Source: Gemmatimonadota bacterium
GTDB lineage: Bacteria > Gemmatimonadota > Gemmatimonadetes > Longimicrobiales > Gaopeijiaceae
Direction of reading: 5' to 3'
DNA: 32,106 nt
Assembly (NCBI GenBank): GCA_039589315.1
Contig: JBDHHQ010000098.1
Location: 1 to 32,106 of the forward strand
The notes beneath the pieces are model-generated. The model was not told where the DNA came from and searched no databases. It saw only the letters and a list, made by a program, of their open reading frames with translations. Positions 26,560-32,106 of this stretch are shown in pieces. The position numbers and the translations under genes are program-made. Numbering within the stretch: position 1 is the first letter of the stretch; each line of letters opens with the position of its first letter.

Positions 26560-26889
26560 GCTGGTCGAACCTCCCTGCGTTGCCGGGTCACCACGCGTGA
26601 ACAGGATCTTGCTTCCGTCTGACGACCAGCCGCCCATCAGTTCCTCCAGAGGCGTGTCGGTGAGCTTGGTCAGTCCCGTGCCGTCGGGGCTGATCACCGC
26701 GATGTCCGATAGTCCATCGGGAGTCCCTAGTGTGAACCCGATGACCTCTCCCGGAAGGGCGGTCGCCATCGCGTTCGAAGGTTTCACATTGTCGACGTCG
26801 AACAGCGATGCGTCCTGACAGGCGGCAGTGACTGCGACCAGCAGCAGGGTCGCGCCCACGGGTCGGGTGAGGGGTCTGTGCGCGTGCAT
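26560..26889 (-). pseudogene. Truncated TolB-like (PD40) lipoprotein
   Basis: SD AAGGAG + ATG 26889; VTAAC lipobox; one propeller blade (DIAVISPDGTGLTKLT..WSSDGSKILF), then sequence that no longer looks coding. Confidence 0.7.
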
Positions 26890-27353
26890 GTCGTGCTCCT
26901 TTGGCCTGGTCAACAACGGCTCCCGTCATTTGGGAGCTGCAGATATCCATCCCTAGATGGAACAGGACTCTTACCGATGGGGGGCAACGGGAGAACGAAG
27001 CCGACCCCATGTGTTATCTCCCTGGCAGGTGGCAGCGACAAGGAGGTTCGTAACCGGTATTCCCGTCCTGGGACCTGGTGACTCACGGATCATCAACTGG
27101 GGCCAATACACGGATCTCAAGCGGGCACTCGCCTCGACTCCGATCGACGTAACGTGCCGGTTCTCATCGACAATGCGTTCGCGGAACACCCGGGCTTTAG
27201 CATCTAGTGTAGCGGTCGAGCCGCGGATAGCGGTCATCCTGTGCGTTTCTGCGGTTGCGATCGGGCATCGGACTCTTTTTGCGCGCGCGTACAGGGGTCT
27301 GGCTCCCGAATGGGACTTCTTGGGTTGGGCGCAGTGGGCAGAGCAGGAAACCC

Positions 27354-27443
27354 CTGCGGTGTGAGGGTCGGAGGCCGTACTCCTGTGCCGCCTGGGCACT
27401 GCGGCTCGTGCGGGAGCCAAGCGAGCGGCACGAGCTGACCTGA
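27354..27443 (+). pseudogene. 3' remnant of a paralog of 11102-11347
   Basis: LRCEGRRPYSCAAWALRLVREPSERHELT* versus LSCEGRSTYRCAAWALRVVQEASKRYNLP*. Confidence 0.75.
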
Positions 27444-27535
27444 AGAGGTGTTTACCACCGTCCCGAAACCAGAAGCCGTCTCCACAGATCGGGCTGCCAA
27501 GCAGGGTCTCCCCGCAAGCGCACTCGCCCGTCTCT

Positions 27536-27871
27536 CTCCCCGTATGCGCGAGGAGCTGCTAGGGCTCGGTCACAGCGGTAACGCCGGCGGAGAAAGGAAT
27601 GGAAACGGCGGTGAAAAGGCCGGTTGGGGAGCGAAACCAGCGGTTGGGACAGGCAGTTGAACTGGCCTGCTGGCCGGACGGAATCCCGGTTAGGAGGACG
27701 GAATTCCGCTCGCGTCGAACCGGCTCCTTAATCCTAAACGACCACGACAGACACGTCGGACCAACGGTCCCGTGAAGATGCACCGGTGACTCCGGCGGCG
27801 CTGGGGGACAGCGCCCAGGTCAGAAGCGTGTCCCGGAGGGGTACGGGAGGCCCCCACGGGTTGGGGGACAA
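27536..27871 (-). repeat. Long repeat module, an inverted counterpart of 14378-14639
   Basis: Core at 27829-27855, a 35-bp motif at 27679-27713 (32/35 match to 14465-14499) and a 23-bp motif at 27536-27558 (identical to 14617-14639), in the same order. Confidence 0.88.
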
Positions 27872-28021
27872 GCGTGCTCATGATCCACCTCGCTCCAGTT
27901 GAGGCGTTGGTTGGATCTCAAGCTCGTGGAGACGACTGGACGGGACCATGGCGATTGGGGACGGCTACAGTACCTCCTCGGCTCCGCCATCCTCAGCAAC
28001 AACGTCAAGCGATGGACGCTC

Positions 28022-28993
28022 TCATATTACGAGAGTCTGGACCCGGGGCCGAAACACACGGGCGAAGTCCTGGAGAGTCGTCAGGAGCCACTCGTGCTGT
28101 CGAGCCCAATCGACTTCGTTGGTCGGGTCGGCGGCCTCTCGGGCCATGATTCGACAACCCTTGACGTCAGGATCGTTGTGCCACTGGAGTTCGTAGCCGA
28201 GTTCCGTCTCGATGTCCGCCTTGACGGATTCGAACTGGGCAAAGAAGTCCTTCGCGTTGTCGTCCCAGAGGACTCCGTCCACGCGAAGGCCGGCCGGTTC
28301 CGACGGCAAGTAAGAATCGTGCTGCAGCGCAGCTGCGTGCCGGCCGACGTTTCTTCCGAGGGACAACCTCATTTCGCCGGCCGCTCTAGGCTTTCCGAGC
28401 TTGATCGCACTACCCGAGTCGGCAGCGAACTCGCGAAGAGCCGACCAATAACGGAGTTGTCTGACCTGCCGCTCGTTCAGCCCGCCAGTTCTGGTCACTG
28501 CCGCCACGTCGCGTGACCATTCATTCGGCCTAACGACGACGTTGAACTTCGGGGCTGAGAGGGAGTTCCCGATCCGTCAGACCTCTATCTCGAGGCCGAA
28601 GAACGCGATCCCGTCGTGCGTGTGCTCGTTCAACCAGTCGAGACCGGCTCGGTGTTCTTCGCGAAACCGCGTCGCGACCCAAATAACGGTCGCCGCGTCC
28701 AAACCAGCCCCGTAGGTGATGAGTGTTCCGACGTGATCGTGGTCGGTCTTCGCCAACTGATTCTCAATGAGGACCCAGTCGCCCGTCGCCGTGTCCTTGC
28801 TGAGAATGTCTGCCCAAAAAGGTCCGACTGCCTTCTCGGTCTCTTCGAACTCCAACTCGACCCCTACAGCGGCACCCAGAAGGTTGAGATTCTCCTCGCT
28901 GGCGAGCCACGGAGTGAAGTCACGGGCCTCGTCGGCCCATACGTCTCTAGGCTTCACCTTCTCTAAACGGCCCAGATCCGGTCCCTCGCTCAT
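28022..28993 (-). pseudogene. DUF4268-domain protein with an N-terminal PD-(D/E)xK-like (NucS-type) domain, with a nonsense mutation
   Basis: EARDFTPWL..ADIL..VLIENQL..TDHDH. An in-frame TGA at 28577-28579 in LEIEV*RIGNS..PKFNVVVRPNEW sits where W is expected, and the frame continues to 28022. Confidence 0.85.
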
Positions 28994-29151
28994 CGGCAAC
29001 CTCCCGCTGGCATAGTTGAGTCATTTCGTCTGTGAACGCAGCGCTGATTCGCCCCTCGCTGCCTTTCGAACCATCGCGCGATGTCGAAGTCTCAAACAAC
29101 ACATTTGCCATCAGTCGCGCCACTACGTCGGGGAACGCCGGCGAATCCAAC

Positions 29152-29280
29152 GGGTCCCCCGATAAGTGGGGCCTCCCGTACCCCTCCGGGACAACCTTCT
29201 GACCTCGGCGCTGGTCCCCCCCAGCCCCCGGACTTACCGGTGTTTCGTCTCGCATACGGGGAGAGGGGGCGTGAAGGCAC
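29152..29280 (+). repeat. Short repeat module (core + CCGG hairpin + CTCGCATACGGGGAG)
   Basis: Core at 29168-29193; shares CTTCTGACCT.GGCGCTG.TCCCCC with the 27.8-kb copy and GGCGTGAAGGC with the 14.8-kb copy. Confidence 0.88.
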
Positions 29281-29364
29281 GCGGGGGGCCTGCCCGGACC
29301 CGTCGTGCCTCCACCTAACGAGTTCGCTTGCAGTCGCCGACACCTGTGTCCCAAGTTGCACGCC

Positions 29365-32088
29365 ATGAACGACCTCCTGAACCGCCTCCGTTCCGCCCTT
29401 TCCGGTCGCTATTCGATCGAAAGAGAGATTGGTCAGGGCGGAATGGCCACGGTCTACCTGGCGCACGACGTTCGGCACGACCGCAACGTCGCGCTCAAGG
29501 TCCTCCGTCCCGAGCTCGCCGCCGTCGTGGGAGCCGAGCGCTTCCTGGCGGAGATCAAGACGACCGCGAACCTGCAGCACCCCCACATCCTCCCGCTCTT
29601 CGACTCGGGAGAAGCCGACAGCTTCCTCTACTACGTCATGCCGTACGTCGAGGGGGAGAACCTCCGGGGTCGCATCGACCGGGAGAAGCAGCTGGGCGTC
29701 GACGAGGCCGTGGTCATCGCCCGGAAGGTGGCGGACGCGCTCGACTACGCGCACGACCACGGCGTGGTGCATCGCGACATCAAGCCCGCGAACATCCTCC
29801 TCTCCGAGCGGGGAGAACCCCTCGTCGCGGACTTCGGGATCGCGCTGGCCGTGGCTCATGCCGGAGGCGGACGCATTACGGAGACGGGCCTGAGTCTCGG
29901 GACACCGCACTACATGAGTCCTGAGCAGGCGACGGGCGACCGTGACGTCGACCCGCGGTCCGACGTCTACTCCCTCGCCTGCGTCCTGTACGAGATGCTG
30001 GCGGGCCAGCCACCCTTCCACGCGCCGACGGCGCAGGCAGTTCTCGTCCGTGTGCTAACGGCCGATGTGGCTCCCATCACGATGCTTCGTCGGACCGTTC
30101 CGGCGCACGTCGAGGGTGCGCTCGTGAAGGGGCTGGAGAAGCTTCCGGCCGATCGCTTCGAGAGCGCGGCGGCGTTCGCGAAAGCCCTGGCCGATCCGAG
30201 CTTCCGCTACGAGCCGAAGGCGGCCACGACCGGGTCGATGTTGAGCCCGACAGCCGCAGGAGCGGAACCCGCCCGTGCCTGGTACCGGGACCTGCGCGTC
30301 GTCGCGTCCCTTACGCTTGCGGTCGTCATGACGCTCATCGCGCTGGTGCCGGATCGGGAGGCGACCCTGCCGGCGTTCGCGATCCGATCGGCGGTCGACG
30401 TGGCCGGCGTGCTCGATCCCGGCGACATCGTGATCTCTCCGGACGGGTCCAGGTTCGTCATCGAAGGTCTGGCCGAGGACGGGACCCGAGGGTTGTTTTT
30501 GCGCGGGGCCGGTGACGAGTTCTTCCAGCAGATTCCCGGAACCGAAGGGGGTGCGCAGCCCGTCTTCTCACCCGACGGGCAATGGGTCGCGTTCCGGCGC
30601 CCCTCCGCGGGGGCGATTCTGAAGGTGGCCGTGCTGGGCGGTGCCCCTCGGCCCGTGGTCGAAGACCACGACCTGGATCCGCGCGTTCCGGACTGGGGAG
30701 ACAGCGGCTACATCTACTTCCGCGGAAGGCGGGGGCAGGAGATCTTCCGTGTGCCGGACACCGGTGGCCAGCCGGAGCTCGTGTACGAGGCCGATTTCGG
30801 AGTCAACAACATTCGGGTGCTGCCGGGGGGTCGCGCCGTGATGTTCACGGACCTGAACGTGGACCGCACGATGGTTTACGACATCGATTCGCAGGAGATG
30901 ACCGAGATCATCGTCAGCGGCTCCGATGCGCGGTACGTCGAGACCGGACATCTCGTGTATACGGACGGCAACCAGGGGCTGTGGGCCGTTCCCTTCGATC
31001 CGGAAGAGCTGACGGTCACGGGCAACCCCGTGCCGGTGCTGACGGGCTTGACCACTTTCCTGGGCACGTTCGCGAACTTCGGCGTATCCCGAAACGGGAC
31101 GCTGGTCTATGAGGCCGGAGGGGGGGCGGCCTCCGGCCTCGCGCCCATACAAGAGCTGGTCGTCGTCCCCTTCGACGGGGAGGAGTCCCCCGTCCCTCTG
31201 GAGCCACGGGCCTTACGGAACGTGGCCTGGTCGCCGGACGGTCGGTCGCTGGCCTTCGCTGCTCTCGAGCCGGGCGTGAGGACAGGGCAAACCCACGTCT
31301 TCGTCTACAACGTCGAGCTCCGGACCGCGACGCGGCAGCTGACCTTCGAAGGCACGCAGGGCTGGCCCCGGTGGTCGCCGGACGGGTCGCGATTGGTGTA
31401 CACGTCGAGCGACGCGGAGGGCGGCGGTCCCATGGGCTCCGTCTCCGGAGCCGACCTGTACGTGAAGGCCGTCTACGACGACTCGGATCCGGTGCGCATC
31501 CTCGAGATGGACGACAACCAGTACCCGTACGACTGGGCCGATGAGGACCGGATCCTCTTCACGAACAGCGTCGGGGCCTCGAGCGATCTCGTGATCGCGG
31601 AGCCGGAGCCCGGAGCCGAGGCCGTGGTCTACCTCGACATCGACGAAGACCTGGGGGCCGTCGATATTTCGCCCGACGGCCGTTTCGCGGCGTTCGCCTC
31701 GAACGAGAGCGGGATCTTCGAGGTTTACGTCCGGAGCTTCCCCGAGCCTCGGCAGCCCGTGCTGGTCTCGCGTGGCGGTGGCGACAGGCCTCGCTGGTCT
31801 CCCTCCGGCGACGCCATCTACTACTGGAAGGACGGCGGCGCGACGGCCGCGGACAGCCTGATGCGCGCGGAGGTCGAGTCGGAGCCCACGTTCGCGCCGG
31901 TACGCACGTCGACCGTGCTCGTGGGAGAGTACGCCGTCGGCACCTGGGACCTACATCCCGACGGGGACCGGATCGTGATCGGCCGATCGGCCGCGACGCA
32001 GGAGTCCGACGACGAGGCGAGGCCTCGGTACGTGCTGGTCGTCAACTGGTTCGAAGAGCTTCGCGCGGCGCTCGGAGGATCCCGGTAG
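29365..32088 (+). CDS. Ser/Thr protein kinase with a TM helix and TolB-like PD40 beta-propellers
   Basis: GQGGMATVY, VALK, HRDIKPAN, DFGIA, GTPHYMSPEQ; repeated SPDG blades; ATG 29365. Confidence 0.96.
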   Translation: MNDLLNRLRSALSGRYSIEREIGQGGMATVYLAHDVRHDRNVALKVLRPELAAVVGAERFLAEIKTTANLQHPHILPLFDSGEADSFLYYVMPYVEGENLRGRIDREKQLGVDEAVVIARKVADALDYAHDHGVVHRDIKPANILLSERGEPLVADFGIALAVAHAGGGRITETGLSLGTPHYMSPEQATGDRDVDPRSDVYSLACVLYEMLAGQPPFHAPTAQAVLVRVLTADVAPITMLRRTVPAHVEGALVKGLEKLPADRFESAAAFAKALADPSFRYEPKAATTGSMLSPTAAGAEPARAWYRDLRVVASLTLAVVMTLIALVPDREATLPAFAIRSAVDVAGVLDPGDIVISPDGSRFVIEGLAEDGTRGLFLRGAGDEFFQQIPGTEGGAQPVFSPDGQWVAFRRPSAGAILKVAVLGGAPRPVVEDHDLDPRVPDWGDSGYIYFRGRRGQEIFRVPDTGGQPELVYEADFGVNNIRVLPGGRAVMFTDLNVDRTMVYDIDSQEMTEIIVSGSDARYVETGHLVYTDGNQGLWAVPFDPEELTVTGNPVPVLTGLTTFLGTFANFGVSRNGTLVYEAGGGAASGLAPIQELVVVPFDGEESPVPLEPRALRNVAWSPDGRSLAFAALEPGVRTGQTHVFVYNVELRTATRQLTFEGTQGWPRWSPDGSRLVYTSSDAEGGGPMGSVSGADLYVKAVYDDSDPVRILEMDDNQYPYDWADEDRILFTNSVGASSDLVIAEPEPGAEAVVYLDIDEDLGAVDISPDGRFAAFASNESGIFEVYVRSFPEPRQPVLVSRGGGDRPRWSPSGDAIYYWKDGGATAADSLMRAEVESEPTFAPVRTSTVLVGEYAVGTWDLHPDGDRIVIGRSAATQESDDEARPRYVLVVNWFEELRAALGGSR

Positions 32089-32106
32089 GCTCGGCCGAGC
32101 GCGCCG

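Noticed and set aside
26957..27364. ORF containing FVTGIPVLGPGDSRIINWGQY
   Set aside because: It may be another gene remnant, but I cannot assign a family or boundaries and there is no convincing start.
28577..28579. TGA recoding (Trp or selenocysteine) here and at 18732-18734
   Set aside because: TGA is the normal stop of many intact genes in the window, and the expected residue here is Trp, not Cys, so a nonsense mutation is simpler.
14213..32106. A tRNA-Val 3' fragment (attR) or an integrase/transposase closing the island
   Set aside because: I found no copy of GGTTCGAGTCCAGCAGCGCCCA and no recombinase motifs by eye; they may lie outside the window.

Overview
GC-rich bacterial DNA, probably Gemmatimonadota, inferred from the Ser/Thr kinase-PD40 and TolB-like/TPR proteins. 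The left part (1-11.9 kb) has a TetR gene with three matching operators, an MMPL transporter + LolA-like + outer-membrane barrel operon, a DUF6632-like membrane gene, a cysteine-synthase-family gene, a TfoX-like gene and a TolB-like/TPR gene. A tRNA-Val(TAC) hotspot follows: a 5' half copy at 11955, an arylsulfatase, then the complete tRNA at 14138. Next is a ~13 kb metal-related accessory block bounded by ~300-bp diverged inverted modules of a repeat family I do not recognise (core GGGGGCCTCCCGTACCCCTCCGGGACA, 7 copies). The block holds a sigma54/ZraSR-like two-component system divergent from a cupredoxin / His-rich lipoprotein / His-bearing porin / monoheme cytochrome c operon, and a Cys-tailed ECF sigma + DGC protein module. 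A DUF4268 nuclease-like pseudogene between outward-facing repeats and a Ser/Thr kinase end the window. About a dozen gene remnants are scattered throughout, and no integrase or transposase is visible. All family calls are from motif recognition by eye, not database searches.
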